A DNA stretch of 63,872 nt, the filler included, from Gonapodya sp. JEL0774 (lineage: Eukaryota), in the NCBI GenBank assembly GCA_027604505.1. It is 12 parts of 12 records of this genome, joined end to end, with 100 filler letters (N's around TTAATTAATTAA, not from the genome) between each part and the next. Parts side by side here need not be neighbours in the genome. Positions count along the whole stretch, not along the records: positions 1 to 5,262 come from JADIIX010000751.1; positions 5,363 to 10,620 come from JADIIX010000752.1; positions 10,721 to 15,967 come from JADIIX010000753.1; 9 more parts are not named here. One strand, 5' to 3'. How positions within the stretch are numbered: the stretch's first letter is position 1; each line of letters begins with the position of its first letter. The notes beneath the pieces were generated by a model. That model was not told where the DNA came from, did no database searches, and saw only the letters and a program-made list of their open reading frames with translations. Positions 1-12,456 of the stretch are shown here, in pieces. A program made the position numbers and the translations under genes.

Positions 1-1080
1 CATTGAATCACCTCAAACAGGGAGTCGCTCATACTCACCCCAACAGCAGCTGTTGCACCTGCAATGGCGGCAAGAAGGCCGGTGTATTTTCCCATCTCTG
101 CGGGTGGTACTGTTGATCAAGAGAACATACACTGAGTGACTACTCCTTCATTCCAAAGGCAGATGCATGAAAATGAAAAGCAACTGACCGACATCCCCAA
201 TGACCACATAGGCCAGTGCAATGAGTGCACCACCTCCGACTCCTTGGAAAATTCGCCCAACGATCAGCAATGTCATATCGGAAACAATACCGCACATCGC
301 AGTGAAACCCAGGAATTCCACCAACGAAAAGAGAACCATAGCCTTTCGGCCAAACTAAGTGCAAGCACGTCATGAGTTGATGAGGTTAGGCTCCGTTTCG
401 TGGAATCGATTCACAGGGTGGGGTACGTACAATGTCAGAGAGGGAGCCCCATGCAGGAGCCAAGGCGGTACCTACGCAATCAGAGGTGCTTAGAGATAAC
501 GCTTCTTGCATTTTCGATTCATCAAAAAATTGCTTACTGGAAAGGAGATACCCGGTGCCAACCCATGCGTAGTTGGATTGGCCATCAAGTTCTCGAGCAA
601 TAGTAGGGAGCACAGTGGCTGCAAATGTACAGGTCGGCAAACTTGCCCTTTCCATAATCGTTTTACAGCACGCGAGTACTCACCAACAAGCGTTGAGCTT
701 AATGTCGCCATAGCCTGTTCCCATCACCAATGTCAAATGTGGTGGGTGATGTAACAAAATGAGAAGTGTTCATGTGCGCATCACTCACCACTAAAGAGAG
801 GGAAATTAATACGTAAGTAATGTTCTAGTCAAAGATGCGCTCGTTGTGTTCTGCTGTCGAAGTCAAGGCACTCACTGGCAACGCTCATTGCAAGCACGGT
901 TATCAGAGGACTCGAGCTTCCAACCCCATCACCCTCATGTGCGATTTCATGATTTGCTGGCTGGAGGACAGATGTACCGTCTTTCTCTTGATCCATTTCG
1001 GCCTTGGCGCCCGCGGCGGTAAAGTCGTGAGCACTCTTTTCCAGATCGATTGGTTGTAGTTCCGAGCTGCCCTTGTGCAT
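1..1080 (-). CDS. MFS drug:H+ antiporter (DHA2-like), 5' part, multi-exon, truncated at contig edge
   Basis: Spliced pieces read FAATVLPTIARELDGQSNYAWVGTGYLLSS, TALAPAWGSLSDI, GRKAMVLFSLVEFLGFTAMCG...LIVGRIFQGVGGGALIALAYVVIGDV and VPPAEMGKYTG, matching the N-terminal helices of DHA2-type MFS proteins. Confidence 0.9.
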
Positions 1081-1956
1081 GGTTTAGATTTGCAATCACG
1101 TCTGATGCTATGTCGTTTGGGATTATATAGAAAGGAAGAAATGGTCCAGTTCAGCGAATCGTTGATCCTAAATGAAGAATGAAAGGATTACCCATTTACG
1201 CGTTTAGCCTACCGGAAGTGGCGGTCCAGTTGCACTCAGCATCCCCACTCCGAAGGGAAATTGGTTCCGCAGAACACTTTTGTGACTCGAAATCGATAGT
1301 TCAGTGAGCCATCATGGGGTGTAAGGCTTATGTTCGTCTGTTCCTTGTTGTTTCAAGTGGACGAGGATTCTAGGGATTTGGTTGGATAAGTGGATCAAAG
1401 AGCGCGATCGAAAACAAAAACTGAAGTCAAATTCGTATTCTTATGGAGCTTTGCTGTTGAGACTTCTCACCTGCGTCGGTTGGAACCAGAGAACCGATCG
1501 CACCCCTACAACACCATCTTCCCACCACAGCTGACACGTTCACATTTGGATGAAGCCCTCTGTCAATCCACATGTTGTTCTGGGATGTTGAGTCATGTGG
1601 AAGCACATTAAATGTGATGTCGTGGATAATAGTGTAATGTGGTGAGATGACAAATGAGGTTCATTTTCAGAGCTGGGTGCATGATGGAGCGCGCAGTGAT
1701 GCTGATGTGACTGGTTAAAAGTGGTTTGAATGAGAATACAGACTCTAGTTTATATTTTTCGGAAACATCAGCTTGTTTGCCTCCCCTTTTATCATCGCTC
1801 TGGCGCCATATTATCCCACCATGATCCAGTTCCTCGCCTACAACTGTGACAACGACCATTGCCGCATTAACGGCCCATTAAATGCTAATCCTCCTTCACC
1901 ATTCCAGGGCCAGCAACTATTGACAGAGTGAACATCTTCCTGCGCAATAGTCGAAA

Positions 1957-2817
1957 CTATTCACAACGTTGCCGCGCTATGGCCGCAACAGCACCAGCAG
2001 CACAACCGTACGCCATTCGCGTTCCCAGACCTTCTGGACTCCGGAATTCTTTGTCCATCCAGCTCCCTTCGAGGCCTTCACCAATGTTGCTCTCGTCAAC
2101 TCGCCCCACCAATCCATTCTCACTGTCGACAGACCCTTTTGGGCTCACTACTCCAGAATAGGCTTCCCGAAGGCCAAGTCCCAAAGGCGAACGTCCCGAG
2201 AATTCCCCAGGCTCCCTTTCGTGGCTCCCACTGACTTCGGCGTGGTTATACCCCAACCTGAGCACTTGTCCATGACCCGCAGAGCGTCCCGTTGACGAAC
2301 TCAGCTCGGCATCGTCGGGCTCTGAGAAGTCATTTCCTGTGTTGGAGGTCGGGCTTGATAGCCCAGAGTATGCTTCACGAAGACCAAGACCGAGCGGTGA
2401 ACGTGCGAAGGTCGTGTTCGTGGGACTGTCAATCTGTTCGGGAGCCTGAGTGGTTCCCAAATATAGGCCCACTGGACTGGTTGATGGAACAGAAGTTTCG
2501 ACGTTGAGACCTCGTGCGTTGAGTGCCTGTCTTGTTGGACCTTTCCTCATCGAGCGCCGTGTCCGACGACCGGAAGAGCTATGACTTGGCAAAGCGAGAC
2601 GCGCCGATAAAGAAGAAGCGAAGTTAGCGTCTGGAGTTTTGAGATGGGCGGTCGGGGGTTTGTCAGGTTGGTGGAGAGATTTTTCAATGTCGGCGTTGCG
2701 GGCAGGGTCCGATGAAAGCGAGGGCGATGGCAGCGGAGGGAGCTCAAGCGCATCCCAGAATGAGGTGGGAGATTTTGGTGAAGTAGGGGAATGCGAAACC
2801 TGAGATTCAGCTTCCAT
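1957..2817 (-). CDS. Hypothetical Ser/Pro-rich disordered protein with internal repeat
   Basis: 286-aa ATG ORF; RSPLGLGLREAYSG occurs twice with mainly synonymous nucleotide differences, which supports coding. Confidence 0.55.
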   Translation of the reverse strand: MEAESQVSHSPTSPKSPTSFWDALELPPLPSPSLSSDPARNADIEKSLHQPDKPPTAHLKTPDANFASSLSARLALPSHSSSGRRTRRSMRKGPTRQALNARGLNVETSVPSTSPVGLYLGTTQAPEQIDSPTNTTFARSPLGLGLREAYSGLSSPTSNTGNDFSEPDDAELSSSTGRSAGHGQVLRLGYNHAEVSGSHEREPGEFSGRSPLGLGLREAYSGVVSPKGSVDSENGLVGRVDESNIGEGLEGSWMDKEFRSPEGLGTRMAYGCAAGAVAAIARQRCE

Positions 2818-3239
2818 TTCAATGACTGTGTTGGAGGGTTGGTTTGGACAAGAATGTCGACTGGGGGCCGGGTGAGTCGGTTGACCCCTGAAGTGACCCT
2901 TCAGGGAAACCTGACTGGTTCAAGCTGGTTCCTCCACGACATCGATCGAACCGCGTGTGACCCAGAATGGCATCGTTGAAAGCCAGCAATGTACGAGCAT
3001 ACAACTTTCCGAGCCATGTACTTCGCTCCATCCCTCATTTCGACCAACGTGATCCATTCAGAGTGGCATATGACTCGCTCTCAACCAGAGCCATCGGTGT
3101 CACTAGACTATACGGGGGTAAATGGTTTAGAACGACCAGTAAACTTGGCTTTATGTGCATATGCCATTTTCTGCACAGAATTCAAAATTTCATATACAGC
3201 GGCCGATCAAGTCTCTTTCCTTGTCCAACCCTGTGAAAC

Positions 3240-4655
3240 ATGCATAGTTCCATCAGCACGTTCGACAAGACAACTTCGCCTGATGTTCTTACCGTCCTCC
3301 TCTCCCCATCACCCACCACCTCTTCTTTCATCGTCTGTCTCACACAACCGCTTCGCTCAGTTTTGCCCCCGTCCCTCCACCTCCATGCTCTCGCCCATCA
3401 TTGGCCGGCAGTTGTTGTGTCGTATACATGTTTCACGTGGCTTTATCGTGTGTGGGCGCCACGATCCTCCCAGTCTCGAAGATTGATGTGGCTGGAAGGT
3501 TGGGATATCGCAAAGTGGTACGCTTCGCTCGACGAGAGACAGAAAGTAGATTGGAACAGCAGAATTGTGAGCCAAGCATTCGTTATGTGAGTATTCGTAT
3601 GGTCTCAAAGGCAAAGTATAGTACTACTTGGGGGATGATGTCATCCGCCGCTTCAATCAACATTTTGACACACGTTCGCAGGTTTATCTTGCCATACTCT
3701 CTACCATTGTTTTGGGATGAAGATCTCAACAGTGATTGGATACATGGATATTCACCCCGGGCGGGAACCACCGTGGGTATTGCAATCGGGTGGGTGACGT
3801 GAGCAATGGCACGGTCCGACGAAACTGAGTTATCAAGCAGGTGACCACGCTCATGACTCGTCCTCCCTAATCACTTTGACTCAACCGTACAGCTACTTCA
3901 TGTGGGACGTCCAATTCAGCATCGCCAACCTTTCATCGTTCGGATACGGTTTCCTTGCCCACGGTGTCGCGGCGCTAGCAGTCTTCTTAGCTGGAATGCG
4001 ACCGTTTCTGATGCGATTTGCTCCGTGGGTACTTGTTTGGGAGACTTCAGTGAGCTGATCTTTAGTTGGTGATCGTCAGGAACCCGGAGGGTTGTTCCGG
4101 CGACACCAATAAACTGCATTCTCGCCGAGTACGACTCACAACGGTTCCATTCCCAGACGATCTTCTTGAATGTGAGCTACTGGCTTGACAAGACTGGCCG
4201 ATCAGGCTCCGCACTGCAAGCCGTCAATGCCGCACTTTTGCTGTCCTCCTTTTTTGCGACTCGGATAGTGGCAGGCACGTGGATTGCCGTGACAATGAAC
4301 TGTGAGTGATGCCGTCAGCGAGTTGAATGTAGTGCCGCCCACCATTCACACGCTCCCCCATATCCATCGAACCTGACACTTTGAAGTACTTTTCGTTCGG
4401 CGATCCGACATCCCGCTTGCTCTCGCAGTGCTCATGACGTGTGCCAATACTCTGCTGATGGGTTTACAGTACTATTGGTTTTGGAAGATGATCGGAATGG
4501 TGAGGAGAAGGTTCCAAAGGAAACTACCAGGAAATGACAGTCAACTTTTGGCGAGGAATGACTTGCAACAAAATGAAGTGGAGAGCCAAGAAAGAGCCCA
4601 TCTGGTGATGAATACCAACAAAAGGACAAACACGAAGGTAAAGAGAGCACTGTAA
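3240..4655 (+). CDS. TLC (TRAM/LAG1/CLN8) domain membrane protein, TMEM56-like, about 5 exons
   Basis: Exons KVDWNSRIVS, GYSPRAGTTVGIAIG/YFMWD, GFLAHG...WETS/TIFLNVSYWLDKTG, FFATRIVAG, LQYYWFWKMI joined by GT..AG introns; start approximate. Confidence 0.88.
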
Positions 4656-5262
4656 CAAGAAAACCTTCAGATAACTAGGGAAGGGTGGGCGCAAGGCAGC
4701 CACGCCACGGGACGAGGGACTTACTGATATGTGGCCAACAAGACTCAAATATGATGGAGAAGACCAATTCATTTGATTGTGCTTTATTTAATAGTGCCGA
4801 GAGGACAAAGTCCACCGCTCCGAACTACGTGCACATGAGGACAGACCCGGTCACGATAATCGACAAATCCAATGGGCTAAGGGTGACCAGACAGGATTCA
4901 AGCTCTCATCAATCCGTGCATTGAATGTACCAGTGTTTGCCACAAGTACAATCAATGTAACGCCTTTCTGATCGAAGACGCGTAGTGAGCTCAAGCCGTC
5001 AGTCACTCTCCAAGAATATTACTGAGGAACGAACTTCGACGGACATAATACTTAAATTTGGTGGAACAGCCGCATCCTACGTGGACACGTGGAGAGATAT
5101 CGATCAGTAGAAGTAGAACAAGTGGAAACGAACAAGCACGGGGCACACCTTAAGTTCACCATTCATTCAATTTTACCCAGTAGACTCATCAGCTTATCCA
5201 CTATCATCTTGCCAATTTTCTCACCCCCCGTGGCAGAGGGCTCCACCCGTTCAACGTAGTCC

Positions 5263-5362
5263 NNNNNNNNNNNNNNNNNNNNNNNNNNNNNNNNNNNNNN
5301 NNNNNNTTAATTAATTAANNNNNNNNNNNNNNNNNNNNNNNNNNNNNNNNNNNNNNNNNNNN
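5263..5362. other. Artificial contig spacer (N44-TTAATTAATTAA-N44); same spacer at 10621, 15968, 21312, 26653, 31985, 37311, 42635, 47949, 53262, 58568
   Basis: Eleven identical 100-bp blocks with a six-frame stop core; genes are cut at both sides. Confidence 0.99.
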
Positions 5363-7712
5363 GTCTCGAAGGTGGTTGGCCAATATGTACCTCGCGGCAT
5401 TCAGGAATCCCTGAAGTGAAATGGTCCACGTAGAAACATATATCACGTGCTTGGATGTACCCCACGATCCAGGTTTGAATATTACCTTATGTGCAACACC
5501 GTTGTCTATTCCAGCCTCGCCGAACGGGGCGTATCCTCCGGCAACGTCCGTCAGTAATCCACGAACATTCCAAGTACCTCTCACAGCCAACACGAGCGTT
5601 TGCCTTTGTTTGTCGATAGCAGCTAGCCAAACAGGTTCGAACACGTCCTCGTCACCACGCCAGAATAAAATCTCCCCTCGCGACGGCTCGCGGTCAAAAC
5701 CGAGGAACTTCTCGGCAGTGGCACGATCTCGAGCAGTGGAGAAAAATTGTCTTAGAGAACCCTGCCACCCATCAATCGAGGATCCGTACACGACATATGC
5801 GTAATCCAGGTATCGAAGAGCTTTCTTAATGAATGCGTGGTCAGCTTTCTCCGTCTCAAGAGCATCAATGGCATGGTCGTCAACACCCTCTGGCATCATC
5901 GGTACTGTAGCTTTCGGAGAATCAATAGACTTCAGTAATGTCCACGCACGGAGCCAACGGGGTCCAGTGATCGGGACACCCATCCAGGAGACGAAGAGGG
6001 AGTCAAACTCTTGAAACCCTTTCACAAATGCCGGAGAGGTGAAACTGGAGACGATCCTCTCCCGAGCAACCACCATCATGGCTCGTTGTCGACTGACATT
6101 GTCAGATACTATGAGACTATTCTGGGAAGGTGGGGTGACAGCTCGTTTTCGGTGATTGTTGCCTCCATGGCCGCGATAAATTTCACTTGAGTCAAATTGA
6201 CTTAGAACATCCGCCGAAAATCGAGGTGTTGGTGGAGAAATTTCTGCACGTTGGGCATCTCGCCCAGATACAGTCGTGTCGGGTTTCCATCCAAAGGGCC
6301 CCGTCTCCAAAATGTGCGATTCCCGTGTATCCGAAGATGATTTGAAACCTGCAGTTAGCGAGACAAACCGTGCTGGTAGGACCCGGTTGAACACTAGCAG
6401 AGGACTTTGCCTTATCCGATGCCCAATGAAGCGGAGAAGGGACACGAATGTGGGAAGAGCCTGCGAGCGAGCACCCAGTATCCAGTGAGTGAGTAGAGTA
6501 CGGAGTGGGGCTGCGTCTGATGGTGACAAGGTGTCCTCGTTTGTCGACATTTCATGGCGAGGGTTGAAAAGTCCACTTAAACGTTTATGAAGGCGTCCAG
6601 ATTCCAATTCGACATGCTCGAATTCCACTCGCATATCAATGTTTCCCACGCTTGAGCTGACGTGAGTGCCTTCCTCACTGGATGACAACACAAATGAAGG
6701 AAGGGCATAATCCCGCCCTGCGAACGGATCTCCCTTTGATGCGGTCGGGAGATCAAAAGTTCGATATCCAGAAGTACCGACAGTGGCAAGGTTACGAAGG
6801 GGAAGAGCGAACGCGGAGACCGTTCGGCGAATATACAGTCGTGGGAATCGCTCGACAATTAGGACCTGCGGCAATAAAACAGCCGACCGTCAGATGACGC
6901 AAGGTATTATTTTACGTTCTCTTCAAAGTAGGTTAATAAACACTTACCGATACCGTGTCGAACAGAGTGTCGGTGTAGTGAACCGGCAGCTCGAATGTCA
7001 GTCGGAACTCGTCGGGCGTCTCAGTATCCCGTAGCGATATCCAAGTGCTTTTCAGGATCAATCCTTTGAAGTTCATTTGAACTCGAATATGGCGGACTTT
7101 GTGTGGTGCCCTCTTTGTATCGTTTTTGATGATAAGTCGCGTGATGGTGAATCGCACAATGTCTTGTAGTTCATTTCGTTCCATCAGTGCATCAAACGTT
7201 AAGACGTAATCACTACACTCACTGGCATGATACGCTGGAATACTAGTGGACGGAAATGCGTTGCGGAAGAGCGCCGCTTCGGAGTCGTTTTGCAGGTCCC
7301 GGGTGCCGTGTTCCGCCATTCCTACGTCCGGTTTCGACAAAGGTTTCCCCCTTCTAAGGACCAGTTCTGCGTAGTTGCTCGACAATCTTTGAGAAAATGC
7401 ATGCGACGCAGGGACCAAAGCGGTTACAGCGAAAGAAGTTCGCGCTTTGTCCGTACCCCGTGACGTTGACGCTCGGGAAAAGGAGCTCTCGGTAGCGCGA
7501 TGAACGCCCGCTCCAGCATCAGCGCTTGCGCGTGCCCTGGCAGTCCATTTCTCATCAAACCTCCGCTGCGCCGTGCTCACGTCAAGACCCGGAAACAGAA
7601 AGGCGAGGCCGGGAGGCGGGACGACGGCGATGCGAGCAACCACCCTTTGAATAGACGTCACGCTCGCTGAGGTGAGAGTCAGAAGTGCAGCAAGCGGATT
7701 TTGAACATTCAT
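5363..7712 (-). CDS. Class 3 lipase (DAG-lipase-like) with long N-terminal region, 3'-truncated
   Basis: WLAAIDKQRQTLVLAVRGTWNVRGLLTD...AHK/GFLNAARYI is the Lipase_3 N-terminal signature; introns about 6868-6946 and 5412-5485; the GxSxG motif would lie beyond the contig end. Confidence 0.85.
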
Positions 7713-8304
7713 GGAACTCTCATCCCCACACTCCCCAAAACCTGACCAAGCACACACCGCTTATTAGTGGTTCACGCGATATTACTCCCACGCAGTTCAC
7801 CAAGTCATATCAGACCCTCATCCCGAAATTGCTGTTCAGTACAGAAGATTCCATAATGTTAAATCTCATTGTTCTGTCCCGCTCAATCTCATTTGGTAGG
7901 TGGGGAACACTCAATACTGTATGTGTGCACCGAACAAGAAATTGGAACGTGCATGCGCATGTCAATAGTATATGATGATGTACGAAAGTCTATTTGATGG
8001 GCACTCAAAAACTTGGAACGTGAAGCGGAGAATCTGAGCGCGAGGTAATTGGTTAGTCGCCGCTGCTGCAATCTGGATAAGCGTTCAGTATCTGTGAGCA
8101 ATTTGGGGTATATTTTTCTGGAAGGCGTGTTAAAATACATAGGATGAGGAGATGGGGTCTTTGCTTGGGTGTTCGCTTGATGACACTTCCATGACGAGCG
8201 AGGCCGGTTTAGCCGGCTGGTTCAAGTGCCCTTTCAATAAAAGCATCACAGCGCCGAAAACCTGCCCAATCCAGTTCATCTTGAAGCATTTGACTTCCTT
8301 CGTG

Positions 8305-8776
8305 ATGGTTGGTACGACAATCTGTCATGGCAACATCTTCTTCGGCCTCTCATCGGATGTCCCCTTTCTGTCGCGTCGGAGTAATCGTTGATGATTTCTG
8401 ACATTTCATTTGCTTCTGGCAATGATAGGCTCTTACGTTTAGCGATATCTTCAGTGAGTTCAGTACTCTCCCTTGCGGTCTGCAGCAACAATTTGCGGTA
8501 TTGACTCACTTACCTTCCTTCATGTCCTCCCACAACTGCATCTCAACAGAGTTCATTGCTGCCTTCTTCATTCCGCCTTTGGGTGTATTTTTGGAAGTGG
8601 GATTGGAAACTCCTTTCTGGATCAACATCATTCTCACCATCCTTGGGTTCATTCCTGTAAGCTCATTCCCAGCTCTTTATGTACACTTCCCGCAACAGGT
8701 CGTGCTCCTAGTCTGACAAAGTGTTTTCTCAAATCAGGGTATTATTCACGCGTTCTACATCATTATCACACGGTGA
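8305..8776 (+). CDS. PMP3: Pmp3/UPF0057 plasma-membrane proteolipid
   Basis: Spliced DIFK-FIAAFFIPPLGVFLEVGLETPFWINIILTILGFIP-GIIHAFYIIITR*; first exon and start uncertain. Confidence 0.9.
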
Positions 8777-8911
8777 AAGTATCCCGTCCATGAAAATGGG
8801 GGAACATGAAGGAGTAACTTGGCACTAGTTTAATTCGTATGAGCCAACAAGCTTTTGGATTTGTATCACGTAGTAATGATTTGTACTACATTGGACTCCA
8901 AGATCCTCCTA

Positions 8912-10408
8912 TTATTCAGGTTTTTGGTGCACTTCCACCCACTCAAAGTTCTGGAACGGTTTCATAAGTTCTGTGACTTCAACCAGCGCATCCTCCTCCT
9001 TCGCAGTGTATAGTTTCCCATCCCCCAAGAGTTTCGCGGCTTGTTCAACTTCCGAGATTGTTGAAAGACCAATCACAGTACTCTGGATCCAGGGTCTGCC
9101 ATCTCCGTCCCGTTCGAGTCCCCGCTGCAGAGCGTATTTTGTTGCGAGTCCTGGAGTTGATACCCCCAATTTAGAGCAGAGGGAACGGACCGCGGAGCAA
9201 CCAGCTTGGAGTTCAGGGGAAGCGTAGTGCCACTCGGGAGGACCTGTTGAACCAGGGTGGGAGCCGTTGGTCAAGCAGAACACAACGCCGCGGAGGGCGA
9301 CACGAGGTTAATACCTGAAGGGCGAAACAATCCCATCGACAGCGGCGACCTGCAAGATTTTTTCATGAAAAAGGCAATTGTGAAACGCACCAGGGACACG
9401 GACGTGAGAGAGCGAGCCTGGTGGTTGACTCGAACAGCAATACGTACAGGTTGACAATGGTTTCGACACCAGCTTCCCTAAACTTTGGCGCGTAATCCAA
9501 CAGTCTTTTGGAGTGCAGGTTGAGTTGGCAGTACCTGGTGGTGACGACCAACTTCAGCACTAGTTATGGATTAGTGGCCCATCAGGCAGCAACCCACGAA
9601 AACATAACATCAAGCGGACGGTTCACTTCTGTCTTGCAACGTTGTGCTATCCGAAGGAGCTTTTCTAGAGGATACCCCGAAATTGCCACCTTCCGAACAA
9701 TTCCTTTGTCCTGCAGATCCATCGGCAACGCAAAACCCACAAGACATTTGCAAATTAGCCCACCCTGTTCCGGCAAATAAGTGACTATAAACAGAATCGT
9801 ACCTTGTAATCGAAAAGGACGGGCAGCGCCTTGAGGACTTTGTCCTCATCCTCGAATTCCACGTCATGCCCGACGATGATATCGATGTAATCAGTTCCAA
9901 GGAGCTTCAAGCTGTTCTCGAGGCCCTCTCGAATGCGAGGGATTGAATAGTCTGAGTCGTACTTGCTGGTTATGTATGTATTCGTGGAGGCCAGAACAGA
10001 TCGTGAATTCACACTGCAACTACCATCGATTCAAAGATATCGATCCCTCACCCATATCGTCCAACTTTAGTTGATATCGTGTACTTCTCCCTTGGCCACC
10101 GTGGCGCAATTTCTCGCAGCGCGTTGCCCAGAATCCTTTGCGATTCCCCATACAATGGCGCTGTGTCGAAATGAGTGATGCCGAGCTCCAGCGCTCGCTC
10201 ACACACTTTGGCAGCCTCCGACTCTGCGAAGGGCCCGTAGGCTTGGCCGAATGTGGCAGCCTTATAAGATGGCAGCAGGTCGCACACCATGAACGTGTTG
10301 TAGGTTACATGAAAGAATAGGAGCTCGACGCAAACGCACACCGAAGCTGATTTCCGGAAGCGTGAACTCTCCTGTTGGGGCAGGCATTGCTGATGGCGAC
10401 TCAATCAT
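8912..10408 (-). CDS. Aldo-keto reductase, Ara2/L-galactose dehydrogenase-like, multi-exon
   Basis: FG/AATFG...GITHFDTAPLYGESQRILG, ISTKVGRYG, ENSLKLLGTDYIDIIVGHDVEF, GIVRKVAISGYPL, STVIGLSTISEVEQ. Confidence 0.92.
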
Positions 10409-10761
10409 ATGTTTTCCGCCGATGTGGGTTCACAACCAAGGAGGTTCATACCCACGTCATACCACACCACGATCTCCTCAGTGTTTTTGTTTTGCGAGTA
10501 TCGCCGCTTGCAGTTTAGAGAAAATCAGAAATGCTGTAATATTGAGACCACGAAAAGTTGACATGATTCTACTATTAATCGCTCTAAATGATGTCCCATA
10601 AACCACGATTCAACCACACANNNNNNNNNNNNNNNNNNNNNNNNNNNNNNNNNNNNNNNNNNNNTTAATTAATTAANNNNNNNNNNNNNNNNNNNNNNNN
10701 NNNNNNNNNNNNNNNNNNNNACTGAACCACTCTTCTTCGGAGTCACTTGCGGCTCAAACGG

Positions 10762-12456
10762 ATGGCATCGATTACTTCCAATCATCCTGACCTAATCCTC
10801 ACCAATGGCCGATTCACGACAATGAGTGAGATACATGCGGCTGAAGCGGAGGCAATCGCAATCCGGGACGGCCTGATATTGGAGGTCGGAAGCAACGCCT
10901 CTGTAATCGCCATAGCTGGACCGGAAACTCAGGTTATCGATCTGAATGGTCGGCGAGTAATTCCAGGCCTGATTGATGCTCACAATCACGGTGTGAAGGC
11001 GTGCTTAGCCACGCTATTTGCCTGCAAGTTCCCATTCTCGGTCACACCACATGACCTCGAGAGCGCCCTCGGCGACTTTATGGATCGCAACCCCGACGTT
11101 CAATTTGTTATGGGTGGTCGCTATGGGAGCGAGTTTCTGAAGAAGTACGCTACAGAGCTGACACCGTCACCACGTGAGTGGCTGGACGCCCGCTCTCGTG
11201 GAAGAGCCGTCTACCTCAGAGAAGATTCGGGCCATAATGGGTGGGCGAATTCGAAGACTCTGGATTTCCTCGGTATCACGAGGAACAGTCCCAATCCCAA
11301 GGGGGGTCGATTCGAGCGAAACACAGCGACGGGAGAGCTAACGGGAATCTTGATCGAGGATGCAGATGTACAAGCACGCGGTGCTTGGCCAGACTGGACA
11401 CCTACTCAGTATTACATTGCAGTACTTGAATTCGCTCGGATCGCAAACTCCTTCGGCATCATCGGAGGATCGGACGCAGACGCCAATGAGGGCATTCTGC
11501 GTGCTTTCAAACAAGCTGATGACGATGGCAAGCTCTCACTCTACATCGCGGCCGCTCAAACCACTCCATACGGTCACCGAGACACACAGTTGGACTATAC
11601 GCTGCACGAACGTTGGCGTGACGCATATACCTCCCGCCATGTTGATACCCGCTTTATCAAGATTTATCTTGATGGCGTTGCTCGTGATGACTCTCGCACT
11701 GCGTTCCTCATTGAGCCGTATCTCCCTGATCCACGATTCCCTTCCGACCATCGTGCACACGCCCACGTCACGCCCACGGCGCTCGCCCATGACTACATTG
11801 AGTTAGATCGTCGAGGTTTCACCATAAAGACCCACTGTTGCGGTGACGGATCTGTGAGAGCCACTCTGAACGCGATTCAGAGTGCCCGTGAGGCGAACCA
11901 GTTGGCGAGCGAAGAGCTTGTACTCCGTCATGAAGTAGCGCACTGCATGCTTGTATCTCGAACTGACATTCCCCGCTTCCGCGAGCTGAACGCCGTCGCA
12001 GAGCTTTCTCCGTACCTGTGGTCTGGGGAATCGTGCGTAAGTCACAGGCGAGCGTGTCTTGGGGACGAGCGGATCGAAATATGGTACCCAGTTCGAGAAC
12101 TCTGGGATGCTGGAGCAGCGTTGGCCGCAGGATCAGACTGGCCTGCCGCCGTTGCGTCTTTGAACCCTTGGCTCGGATTGGCGAGTTTTGTCACGAGGAC
12201 AGATCCGACGGAAGAAAACAGCACTCCAGTTGGGTTGGACCAAGCGCTTACGTTGAAAGAAGCTTTGCACATCTTCACAGTGCAGGTAGCTCGGGCTTTG
12301 CGGAGGGAGACCGTCACCGGGAGGATTGAGGTGGGAATGTCAGCGGACTTGGCTGTTTTGGACAGAGACATTTTCCGTTTTGCACCTGAGGAAGTCGCAT
12401 TTGCAAATGTGAATATGACTTTTTTCGAGGGAAGAATTGTTTTCCAAAAAGAGTAG
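10762..12456 (+). CDS. Metal-dependent amidohydrolase (Amidohydro_3, YtcJ/NfdA-like), intronless
   Basis: PGLIDAHNH, DSGHNGWANS, IKIYLDG, HCCGDG, RHEVAHC, GSDWP, GRIEVGMSADLAVLDRD in one 564-codon frame. Confidence 0.93.
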   Translation: MASITSNHPDLILTNGRFTTMSEIHAAEAEAIAIRDGLILEVGSNASVIAIAGPETQVIDLNGRRVIPGLIDAHNHGVKACLATLFACKFPFSVTPHDLESALGDFMDRNPDVQFVMGGRYGSEFLKKYATELTPSPREWLDARSRGRAVYLREDSGHNGWANSKTLDFLGITRNSPNPKGGRFERNTATGELTGILIEDADVQARGAWPDWTPTQYYIAVLEFARIANSFGIIGGSDADANEGILRAFKQADDDGKLSLYIAAAQTTPYGHRDTQLDYTLHERWRDAYTSRHVDTRFIKIYLDGVARDDSRTAFLIEPYLPDPRFPSDHRAHAHVTPTALAHDYIELDRRGFTIKTHCCGDGSVRATLNAIQSAREANQLASEELVLRHEVAHCMLVSRTDIPRFRELNAVAELSPYLWSGESCVSHRRACLGDERIEIWYPVRELWDAGAALAAGSDWPAAVASLNPWLGLASFVTRTDPTEENSTPVGLDQALTLKEALHIFTVQVARALRRETVTGRIEVGMSADLAVLDRDIFRFAPEEVAFANVNMTFFEGRIVFQKE

